Origin: Isurus oxyrinchus
Taxonomy: Eukaryota
DNA: 64,000 bases
Direction of reading: 5' to 3'
NCBI GenBank assembly: GCA_026770705.1
Contig: JANJGN010000016.1
Span: 36,208,001 to 36,272,000, forward strand
Shown piece after piece: positions 1 to 11,500 of this stretch; positions within the stretch are counted from its first letter, which is position 1, and the number at the start of each line of letters is the position of its first letter. The notes below the pieces were generated by a model. That model was not told the origin of the DNA, did not search any database, and was given only the letters and a program-made list of their open reading frames with translations. Position numbers and translations under genes: made by a program.

Positions 1-2349
1 CAAAACTCATACCAGCTGCTTGGAAAAGACTCACAACCTTCAGGTCAGGACTCTTCAGTGAAGATCCATTTTGGGGCCTGCAGGTTTCAGGAAGCCTTCC
101 CTTAGCCTGGGATTGGGAGTTGTGCTCTCCATTGAAGGCACCTCCTCTGAGGAGGAAGGGAGGGCCAGAAGGGGGAGGTGGCCAGGGGTGCACATTCAGC
201 CTCCAGGGGAGCCACCTTTGGGAGGAGAGGCGCAGGCACAAGGGGCGCAGGGCCAACAGGATGTCCGAGGCAGAAAGAGCCACGGAAGACACCAATATCC
301 TGCTGCCAGGGTTTACAGGCAGCAAAGCAGTTACCTCAATATGTCTGAGGTGCAGTGCCGAAGGAGGCTCCGTACCTCAAGGGGGACAGTCAACTCTATC
401 TGTCAGGTGATAGGCCCTGAGATCATCGCTAACTGTGTGGGTGGGCACCCCATGCCAGTGGCTCGAAAGATCATAGCTGCCCTCAACTTCTATGCCTCTT
501 TCCAGGGCTCAGTGGGGGTGATCTTGTGGAGTCTCCCAATCAGCTGTCCACACTTGTGTCAAACAGGTGACAGAAGCTCTATTCAGGCGTGCATTGACGT
601 TCATCCACTACCACTGGGACCAGGCCAGCCAGGCAGAGCAACCTAGAGGCTTTGCAGCCATTTCTGGCTTCCCCCACGTCCAGGGTGCAATACACTGCAC
701 ATATGTGGCCATCAAGGCTCCAGCAAGTGAGCCCTTTGCCTTCATCAACAGGAAGGGATTCCACTCCATGAACGTGCAGATAGCGTGTGATCATAGGATG
801 CAGATTCTGCAAGTCTGTGCAAGGTACCCAGGCAGCTCCCACAACGCCTACATCCTCAGATACTCCCAAGTGTCGGGGCTCTTCAGTGCTCCAGCGCAGC
901 TGGATGGATGGCTGCTGGGTGACAAGGGCTATCTCCTCAGCAAGTGGCTCATGACACCTCTCCGCCATCCAAGAACAGAAGCTGAGCAGCGGTACAATAG
1001 GAGCCACACCTCCACAAGGGCTGTGGTTGAGAGAGCCATCAGTCTTCTCAAGATGTGCTTCCGATGCCTGGACCATTCAAGGGCGCGCTCAAGTACCCCC
1101 CAGATCATGTGTTGCTGATAGTGGTTGCATGCTGCGCTCTCCACAGTCTTGTGCTGGAAAGGGGGGACACAGTGGAGGGAGAAGATGTAGGCACAGTTAC
1201 TGCGAATGTACATGATGAGTCAAGCAGTGAGTCTGACGATGAGCATGCGCAGGGAAATGCTGAGGGGGTAGACGCTGACCCGGCCATACTCCAGGGAGGT
1301 AGGGACGCTGGGAGCCTTTAATCCAACGCACCTTCCGCTAGAACACCACAGATGGACCTCCAACATAATAAGCCTATGCTGCAGGCTCCATACTCGATAC
1401 CTGAGCGCTACATCTGCCTGGATAGGAACATTAACTAAGGGCCAAGTCAATAAAGCTCAATGTGACACAACCCACTCATAACATTAGGGTAACCATCCAC
1501 CTGCAGAGGAAAAGAAACAACCTCAGCCATGGTCACATGTATAAATTTAATGATATAACAAAATGATCTTAAATAAACAAAATGACAAAGGTGTTAAACA
1601 CCACACCAACTAATCATAACCTCGTTGTGGGGCAACACAAGAGCACCGATGAGAAACCCGTGGAGTTTACGCTTTCGGGTGCTATGTCTAGGTGCTATCC
1701 CCTCGCTAGAACTGGCATCTGAGACAGGCTGCTCACTGTGCTGTCCTGTGGTCTCAATGACCTTGGTGGTCGTCCTTTGGCCCGTGGAGCCTGTGCTGGC
1801 TGCACCTGGGAGGGAGGACGGGGGGAAAGCCTATCTGCTGGGTTCACTGACCAGTGCCAACATGGTATTCACCCTTCCAGAGAGCAAAAGGTCATTAAAG
1901 CACTTGTGACACTGGATCCAGGTGTGCCACCTCCTCCCAGGCACATTTGGTCATGTGGGGGGGACCTCCTTCTCCTGCCGAGGAGGGCAGCAAGACAATC
2001 GCCCGAGAAACCAGGTGCACAGTGGCCCGCTGCCCTACCCTCCTGCCTGTCATGCTCACCAGCGGCGCTCTGGGGAGCCCTCCTGCTGGCCATGTTTGAC
2101 AGCCTTTGCAAGGCTGCAGGAGGTCTTCTAAACAGGCCGCCAGGTCGCCATTGGACCCGGAGGTCATAGCAGTCCCACTGCCACCCGCCCGCTCCCGCTC
2201 TCCTCGGGAGCCACATTTCACGCTGGGCGGGCCTTAATTGAGCCGCCTGCGTAAAATGGCAGTGCGGACCTGTTCGTGGGCAGCGATCGGGTCAGCGCCT
2301 GCACACACCCACTCCCACATGGCCCCCCAACAGACAGGAAATTCTGCCC
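1..2349 (+). mobile_element. PIF/Harbinger DNA transposon, degenerate; left end outside window
   Basis: Transposase fragments on +, remnants of a second ORF on - (about 1625-2200), and a right TIR-like end CAGGAAATTCTGCCC (2335-2349) like other Harbinger ends in the window. Confidence 0.85.
71..1340 (+). pseudogene. Harbinger (HARBI1-like DDE_Tnp_4) transposase, frameshifted
   Basis: Motifs GFPHVQGAIHCTYVAI, INRKGFHSMNVQIACD, ARYPGSSHNAYIL, WLLGDKGY and RAVVERAISLLK are split over ORFs 71..646, 567..1118 and 1055..1321. The first catalytic Asp reads His. Confidence 0.92.
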
Positions 2350-2446
2350 TGAGATTTGTTTTAGTTAAAGTCTGTCATATTTGATTGACAACAGTCTGTG
2401 ATGAAATAGCATTAATTAACTTATTTTCTTTTCATCAAACTCAAAG

Positions 2447-2542
2447 CTGTCGGAGATTATATTCTTACTGCACCACAGGTTATGGGACGTATTGTCAGCC
2501 TTCCAGGCCCACAAGTTGCAGAGATCAAAATGGATGTTGTAG
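2447..2542 (+). CDS. Host gene exon A (VGDYILTAPQVMGRIVSLPGPQVAEIKMDVV)
   Basis: Pyrimidine tract then tcaaag| acceptor; strong donor AG|GTAAGC; 96 nt. A second, Cys-rich frame is also open, so the frame is inferred from the next exon. Confidence 0.65.
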   Translation: MSEIIFLLHHRLWDVLSAFQAHKLQRSKWML

Positions 2543-5500
2543 GTAAGCAACTAATTAGACTTCACTGAGTTCAGTATAAAATAGAATTGGGTTGAATGGG
2601 CTCATCCCTACTGGAGGCTCTGTATGTGGAACTGAGTTGCATTATATTGTCCTTTCACCTCTGGGACTCAGATTTGAATCAGCCCAGGCTGAGAGGATAA
2701 AGGTTTTCTGTCTATGCTGGCTGCAAGGAAATGACTTTGGACAGTCTTGACCTAATGGCCATTAGTTCACATCATTAAACTGCCTCATTTAGATCCATGC
2801 TAGGAAATTTTAAATCATCACCACTGATGGAAAAAAAATCATTCTTGTTTCCATAAATTAAGATAATCTAGTTTGAGATAATCAGCAAAAGAACCTGAGT
2901 GTAGAAGAGAATATTTTTTACACAGCACGTTATTATGATCTGAAATCACTGCCTGCGAGCGTCTTGGCATAGATTCAACAGTAATTTTGACTGTACATGA
3001 AAACTAAAAGATTTACAGGGCTATGGGGAGGGAGTGGGGCTGTGGGTTAATTGGATAGATCTTTCAAAGGGCCCAGATAGGCATGATGGGTTGAATGGCC
3101 TCCTTCTGTGCTGTAAGATTCTACAAAATAGGTTCTCAGAGAAACAGCTGATCCCATGTGGAAATTTCATTTATTGGCGTGGCTAACATTATGCATTATT
3201 TTTGTTGAAAATTTCAGGCTATGGTGCCAGCTTAAACATAGCCAAAATTTGTCACCAAATTTATTTACCTACAAAAATTAAGTGAATAAGCTAGTCAGAA
3301 TGTGAAAAATAAGTTAGGAGAGTGCAAATTCCACTCATTATTCTGGAAGAAAGACAGAAGTTGCTATTATTTCACATTTTTGCACATCATTGTGTTGTCC
3401 CAGGTTGCCAATTCAATGAATTGCTTTTGAAGTGTAATCATTGATGCTATGTAGGCAAATGTGACAGTAATGTCCACAAAGAGCAATGAGGTACTGGCCA
3501 GTGCATTTTGCTTTGTTGATTGGCTAGGATACCAGGAGACTTTCCCTGCTGTAGCACAAATGCACCCATGGGATGTTTAATTCCAAATGTACTGAAATGG
3601 ATTTCCTGTTTATTATTTCACCATGGCAGCCAGTGGAATGTAAGTTCAATTAATAAAATCTGGAATTAAAGGCTAGTCTCGGTAATGGTAACTACTAAAC
3701 CATTGCCGATTGTCATAAATACCCACCTGGTTCACTAATGTCCTTTAGGGAAGAAAACCAGCTGTCCTTACCTGGGGCAGAATATTTTGTTCGTCGGGTG
3801 GGCATGCGCCTGACCCGAATGAGCGTAAAATAACGTGCGATGACATTGGCTGAGTGTCCCGATGTCATCGAGCACTTGCATGATATTTCAGTCGGTGGGT
3901 GCATACACGCAGGAGTCAGCAGCGCACCCGCCGACAATTAAACGACCTATTAAGGCCATAAAGGTCATAATTAAAAGAAATTTTTTGCTGCTCAGGCAAA
4001 AAGGCCAAGCGGCCTTTGCACTTTTTAGGAAAGCGCATCCACAGGCAGGATGAGGTTTCCAGCAGCAATTAAAAATAAAATAAAAATTTCAACATTTCAT
4101 TAAGAATGTGTCCCTGCTCATGTGACAGAGTGACATGAGGGGACATGATTTTAATATTTTTAAATTCTTTATTTTTTATTTTAAAAATCTTTCAGTTCCG
4201 AGCTTTTACTGTGCGCACCAGCGTGCATGGGTGAACTTCTGCGCTCACCCTCCTTTCCCCACCCCAGTGGCACTGAGCATTGCAGCGCGTGATTCACGCT
4301 GGATGGCCATTATTTGGCCAGTGTGAAATCATGGTTGGGGCCCGGTCGCGGGCAGCATTCTGTTTTGCGTCCGCTTTTGCTCGCCCTTGCTAAGCCCGCC
4401 TGACGACCGGAAAATCCTTGTCCTGGTCTGGCCTACATATGACTCCAGAGCCACAGCAATGTGGTTGACTCTTAACTGCTGTTGTGATACAGCAGTTTGT
4501 AAAGGCTGACTATTTAAAATCCCAGAGGGAAACTTTAAACAACTGTCATAACCTATATTTTCAATAGGTATGTTTGAGATGCAGCTCTAAATTCAGAAAT
4601 GAAACCACCAAGTCTCCAGAGATTTTTTTACATAAATTAATTCAACATTTATTAATTTAACAAGGAATTAACACATACACATGTCTACAACTTACTTCCA
4701 TAATAACTTCTAAACAAATCCCCAAATTAATCACTTCTAAGTAAATCTCCACCAAGGCAACAATAACACATAGACTTAAAGAGACACAAGGCAAAGCACA
4801 TTTTATCTTACAAATTCAAAATGAGGTTCCTTTCAATTTGGCTCCTTTGCACATTTATAGGCTTACAGGCACTTAGATCTCACATGCCTCTGACTTACAC
4901 AGACAAAACTCTTCTGTATATACCTAGCCTTTCCTTTGAATGCAATTCCTCATTGTATCACCAGGCCTTTTGAACTCCATCTCTTCTAGGAATATAACCC
5001 CTTTCATAGTACCAATTTTATTAGTAATATAAACATTTTGCTTGGTATCTCCTAGCTAGGTGCAAGATTTCACCCCCAGTCTTTGAATGATTTATTCAAC
5101 AAAATACAAATGTACCCTCTACCTTACCGTTTACATCTCAAAACTACTATACATCAAAACACCCAGACTAGCTGGCTTTAATCCAATTAAGACACACATG
5201 CTCACAACCACAGAGACAGACCCTACTACAAGTCCAATTTAAAATAATGGGTTTTTAACAACAAAATCAATGATTGTTTAATGGTCACCATTACCAACAC
5301 TAGCTTTCAATTCCAGATTTTTTTAAAGTTGAAATGTGAGCACACAGATTCAAATCCCACCATGGTTACTGTTGGGATTTAAACCTGTGCCTAGCTTGGC
5401 TTCTGATTACAAACCCAGTGATATTACCGCTATGCCATCTTCTCCCCAATTAAAATGTTGATTACGTCTGACTTGCTAACAGGAGTTTGACCACTGAGTC

Positions 5501-8500
5501 AAACTGACACTTCTAGTTGACATTTGCTGGGATTTTGTCAACAGCGTGCCATTCCCAACATCGTAACCACAACAGTCTGCCCTTGCACTCATTTCCCCAT
5601 TTCCCAGCTGATTACAATTAAAATTAGAAGTGCCGGTGGCGTGCATGTAAAACATGTGCAATTCAGTGGTGGAGGAAGATTTTCATTGGTGAAACCTGCC
5701 ATCAGCTGACAATACAGCAGTGGGCTATGACAGAGCCTCCTAGTCAAAGAAGAAAACTCTATCACGGCCACAACTTTCCTTCCCAACTACATTAACATTG
5801 ACATAAGACTTGCGAGCATAAAGATGGCATGGGAGCTTTTCAGAATTAAATTTCACTTATAAATATTTTACATCACATTGGTTTCACTTTACACACGTGT
5901 ACATCATTGTTATTTGTTCAGGATAGCTTAGTCAGAGAGCTAAATATATTGGCATGCCACATCACCACATGTCTGGCAATCATTGATGGTTACAGCGAAG
6001 TTTGGAACATTTCCTTTATTGTGCAAGAAACTTTTTTTTGTTCACCTTTTATTCAATGTTCATGTTATTGTCCAGTACTGACCACTCTGTGGAAATATGG
6101 CTGAACTCACAGCTGTCCCTCCCTTCTGTGCTTTGTAAATGACATTGTCCAAGATCACTCTCAGTGGGGATAATTTTTGTAGGTGAACTAAAAGTCCCGT
6201 AAGGACTCTTCTGCCACGCAATATACTGAGATGGATCCACATTTGGATGGTCCTGACACCACCATTTTCTTTCAGGCCCTTCCTACTTCAGTATTCCATG
6301 CCTCCGACCCTACCCTCTGTCCTCCCCTGGATCCTTCTTCCATCCTTCCATGCCCCTGACCTCATTCCACGACCCCCCTCACCACTAACTCACCCTTACC
6401 GATCCCAAACCTCCATGCAAGCTGTCATGCTCCTGCTCCCCTCCCTTGTGCCGCACAATTCAACAAGGAAACTGCTGTTGGGGAATCGAAATTTCACATC
6501 CTGCCTAATTAAGCACGCCACATTTCCCACTCTTGTGGGCTCCATAAAATCTGATCGTGAACTGGGTGCCACGAGATTCTCATGCACCACTGACATTATC
6601 TTGAAGGTGGGACATAATTTTAAAATGTCTTCTGCTAATAAGTATGCATGACATGCAAATCTATTACAATTATGAACCCGCCACAGGCCATCGTAATGCT
6701 CGACATGCCGCAAACACATCTCTGACTTTACCTCTGTATCTCAGCCCACTGTTGGGAAATCAAAATTTCACATCCTGTCTAATTAAGCGTTGGCACATTT
6801 CCTGCTCTTGTGGGCTCCATAAAATCAATACCCCCAACTCCCCCCCAACTCCCACCCTGCATTGAGTATATTTTATTTAGAGTCTGTGGTAACACCACAA
6901 ATGTAAATTCAATGATTTAAAGCAACAGAACCATAGGGCAGGATTTTCCCTCCATTTCCAGGTCTCGACCCCATGTGGGGGGTAAGCATTCATGGTCTCA
7001 CATTTCAGGGGGCATCCCTTTAATTGGCCTGGAGGTGGGTTTGGTGGTCAATTAGGAGAGGTGGGGACGGAGGCAGGTCTGCTCTTGAGAGGGGCTATTT
7101 AAACAGGTGACACAGCATTTTTGTGGCTGCTGTTTCACTACTGTATTGTTTAGTTGTAAGTTCATAGAATTGGAGAAAATTAGAACATCTCAGAAGAGCT
7201 AAAGGCCTGAAATCCAGGGCAGAACAGCCACCTGAAATGCTGCTGTGGACCTCCTGGAGACCATAAAGGGGAGAAGGAGGGTCCTCTTCCCTCAGGGTGG
7301 CTGGAGGAGGCCACCCACCCAGATAAAGCAAGCCTGGATGGAGATAGCTGACACAGTCAGCAGAAGGAGCCTGGTGTACAGAAATTGGATCCAGTGTTGG
7401 AAGATGTTTAATGACCTTGTTGGATCCTTGTTACTAGTTTAGTTGAACTAATGGATCCAGGTTGCACACTTGTTTTGGGATGACCAAGTTGGTACCATTG
7501 ACATAGCAGATCAGCAGACAGTTCTGAGGGAGAACACGTTCTAATTATTTACAAAGGAACTCAGCAGCTACACTTGTGTGCTAACAATAAAACCCTGTTT
7601 CTACATTACAGACTCTTACTCTAGACTACTCACTTCTGACTACAGACTACTAAGGTAGCCCGCACTACCCTGTTATTTACTCAGAAATATATTTTACAGT
7701 TACAATTACAATTCTTCTCAAAATATCAAATTATTTACACAGATAAGTAATTCACAAATTCAGGTTTTCTGGGGGTTTCCTTATGCGTGTGGAATGCCTC
7801 AGCTCTACAGCTTCAGATGCTTTGTCAGGAACCTGCTTTTCTGGTGTTGTCTGAACATGAGGTTCTTCAGTGGGCACCTGCAAATCTGTTTCCTCAACTC
7901 TTGCAGGTACAGCCGATCCTTCAAACACATCTATATTCTGTTGAGTTCTTTCAACAAGAGATGTTGACATAGTCGTGAACACTGGAGGAATCATTTCCTG
8001 ATACTTTATTTCTCTCCTCCTTATAAGATCTTTATGTCTCCGTGTGATTCGGTCTTCTGCTTTCATGTGGTAAGAAAGAGGCCCAGTGACTGCACTTATT
8101 TCACTTGGTAACCACTTAGGTCCTTCACCAAAATTTTTAACATATATCATCTCTCCTACAGTAAACATTTTTTCCCGACTATGCCAGTCATGTACAATTT
8201 TCTGATCCCCCTGACTCCTTTCCACCTTCCCCCCTAAATTTAGCATTACTAAACTCAATATTTTTCTAAGGCAGCGATTCATCAACAATCCGCAGGTGTG
8301 ATACCTGTTGCCGTGTGAGGGGTGGTTCTATAAAGGAAAAGAGAACATGCTAATTTGGTTGCTATGGAGTATCCAGTTAATTTCTTCATACGATTTTTGA
8401 ATGTTTGAACTGCTCGCTCAGCCAGTCCATTCGAAGAAGGGTGATATGATGAAGTTTGTACATGAGTAGTACTGTTGAGACTGATAAAGCGTTGAAACTC

Positions 8501-11500
8501 AGCACTCGTAAATGAGTTCTGTTGAAGGGTCATGAGGACTCGAAACGTCAACTCTTTTCTTCTCCGCCGATGCTGCCAGACGTGCTAAGTTTTTCCAGGT
8601 AATCCTGTTTTTGACTTGTAAATGCAATGCCATTATCTGTTAAAACCACTTCTGGTAGTCTGTTGATGTCAAAACTTTGACGTAGTTTGTCAATTGTAGC
8701 AGAAGACGTTGGTGACTTTACCTCATATATGTCCATCCATTTTGAGTGAGCATTAACAATAAGGAGAAACATTGTTCCCATAAAAGGCCCCACATAGTCA
8801 ATATGCAATTGCACCCATAGCCTTCCTGGCCACTCCCACAGGTTTAACGGAACTGTTGGAGGTAACTTTTTCACTTGTTGATACCGTATACAACTTTTCA
8901 CTCGGCTGTCTATTTCTCCATCCATCCCAGGCCACCATAGATAGCTGCATGCTATGGTCTTCATTCCAGAAGTACCTGGATGTGCACTATGTAATTCAGA
9001 TAACAAAGGCTTTCGTCCTTTTGGAGGAACAATCACCCTAGCTCCCCACAATAAGATACCATCCTGGCTGGCTATCTCATATCTTCTGTGAAAATACGGT
9101 TTCATTTTGTCAGATTCCTGCTCTTGTGACCATTAATGAAGAATTTGTTCTCATACTTTGGACTTGTCCAATCTCTAATCTGTCTGGCACATACCGGTGA
9201 TGAATCTAAGAAGTTCAATAATAAAACAAATTCTTGAGGAACTGGAACAACCTCATCATTTTCTTTCAAAGGCAAACCACTAAGTGCATCAGCATCTACA
9301 ATCTGATTTCCAGGCCTGTGGATGAATGTATACTCATGCACTGCCAGAATCAACGCCCATCTCTGTGTTCTTGCTGAGGTTATGGGTGGTCTAGCCTTGT
9401 CCTCGCTGAATAATCCTAGCAAAGGCTTGTGGTCCTAAATAATAGTAAAATGATGACCGTGTACATACCGGTGAAATTTCTTGACACCAAAGATGATTGA
9501 CAAGCCTTCTTTCTCTATCTGTGAGCATCCCTTTTCCGCTGTTTTGCGCATTCTTGATACATATCCAATAGGTCATTCTTAGCCATTGTCCATTCATTGG
9601 GAGAGCACTGCTCCCACACCACAAGAAGATGCGTCAGATGTCAGAACAAACTCTTTTCTTTGGTCAACATACACCAATAGGGTGGACGAATGCAACAGTT
9701 GTTTCACCTTTGTGAAAGCTCCTTTCTGTACTGTTTGCCAAGACCACGCTGGTTTTTCTTGAGTAGATAATAGAGGGGTGCCAGTTCTGTTGTCAAATTA
9801 GGCAAAAAGCATCCATAGTAATTGATCATCCCCAAGAATGATTTTAGCTCAGAGGTGTTCCTTGGTGCTGGTGTCTCTCTAATGGCTCTCACTTTTACTT
9901 CAACTAGGTGGAAGCCCTGTGCATCTACCCTATGATCTAAATAGACTACCTCTTTTGCTTGGAACATGCACTTTTCTTTTTTTAAACACATTCCCACCTG
10001 TGAGAAAAGCTTCAAAACTTCTTCCAAGTTTGCCAAATGTTCCTTTTCTGTGAGTCCTGTCACTAGAACATCATTTAAATAACTACAACATGAGGCAATC
10101 CCTGCAGTAAATTTTCCATTGTCCTGTGGAATAAGGCACATGCAGAGGATACACCAAAAGGCAAACGGGTATATTGGTACAACCCTTTGTGTGTATTAAT
10201 TGTGACAAACTTCTGGGAGGCCTTCCCTAACTCCAATTGTTGATAAGCATGGCTCATATCAAGCTTCGTGTAGGCGGTTCCACCTGCCAACTTAGCTTAC
10301 AGGTCTTCAATTTTTGGTATAATGTATTTGTCCAACTTAGCCACTTTACCAACAGTAAATTTGTAGTCTCCACAGATTTGAACGCCTTGGTCAGGTTTAA
10401 GTACGGGGACTATCGGTACTGCCCATTCCGAGAACTGCACAGGAGGAATCACTCCCAGTTTCTCTAATCTGTCCAATTCGGCTTCTACCTTTTCCTGCAT
10501 TGCATATGGTACTGGTCTTGCCTTCATAAATCGGGGGGTAGAGTCTGGATCAACATGAATTTTTGCTCGTAGCCCTTGGACCTTCCCAAGTTCAGCTTGG
10601 AGTACATGCAGGAAGTGAACACTGACATACACAGGATGCATGCCACAGTATCTAGCATGGAACAGTCAGTGGCAATGATGGCACAATGATGGCTGGTGCT
10701 GTCCACCAGCCTTCCAGAATGCCAGCCAAGGGCTGAGGATGTCACCTAGAAGGATGAGGGTGCCACCCCTCATGTGATGTCATATCATCATCCTTGGCTT
10801 CCTTGGCCCCTGTGCATCTGTGCAGCAGGACTCAGCGATGAAAGACTGCCTCTGCAATGATGCAGGTGCAGCAGTCTGGAGAATGTCCCCACAGGCACCG
10901 CCACAGGCATCTCAACTGTGGGCAGAGACAAACGAGTAAGCTGCCTCCACTTCCCCTGAGACCATGAGGAAAGCACTTCAGTGAAGTGGGTGAATGCAGA
11001 GGCCACTGCATTGGGCAGAACATTGAGTGAGTCACTGGGGCGATTCTACCTGTAGCTGTGCACTTTTTTCCTATTTGTAAACATTTGAAACCAGAGGTCT
11101 GAGCCTCCTTTATTTAATAGCAGGGACAAGGAAAGGGGTGTGAAGTTATAAAAGAAAGCAAAGGTTTATCAGCTGTGATGGTGAAATCTCTTGGAGATGT
11201 ACATACTTCATTGGCAGTAAAAGGTTAATTGTTCCAGACTGCACCTTCACTGGGAGTGTTAGCATAGGCAGCTCAGGGTGAGAGCTGTCCATTCGTTCCT
11301 CCTGGGACTGAGGGGTTCATTTGAATCAGATGATCCCTGATGTTAATGGTACCCTGGCAAGATGCTTGAGCCTCGCACTGTGCCCAGCCACATCCCTGCA
11401 CAGCCCATGCACCTCCATGTTCTGCATCATCATCCTCCTTTCACTCCTCCTCTTCCATATCCTGCTTCTCCTCTTCCTCCAATGAGCTGTGTCCTTCCAG

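Larger units (their letters stand above)
7418..10600 (-). mobile_element. Ty3/Gypsy LTR retrotransposon, 5'-truncated and degenerate (RT-RNaseH-integrase, LTR-like end about 7418-7670)
   Basis: RT (WAVPIVPVLKPD..ICGDYK; YTRLPFGVSSA; YLNDVLV), RNase H, and integrase (LHSAHPG, LHIDYVGP, TDNG..FTS, YHPSSNGLAERAVQ) in Gypsy order, with many frameshifts. Confidence 0.93.

Noticed and set aside
71-1340. Domesticated host gene HARBI1
   Set aside because: Frameshifts, mutated catalytic Asp, adjacent TIR and multiple similar copies indicate transposon debris.
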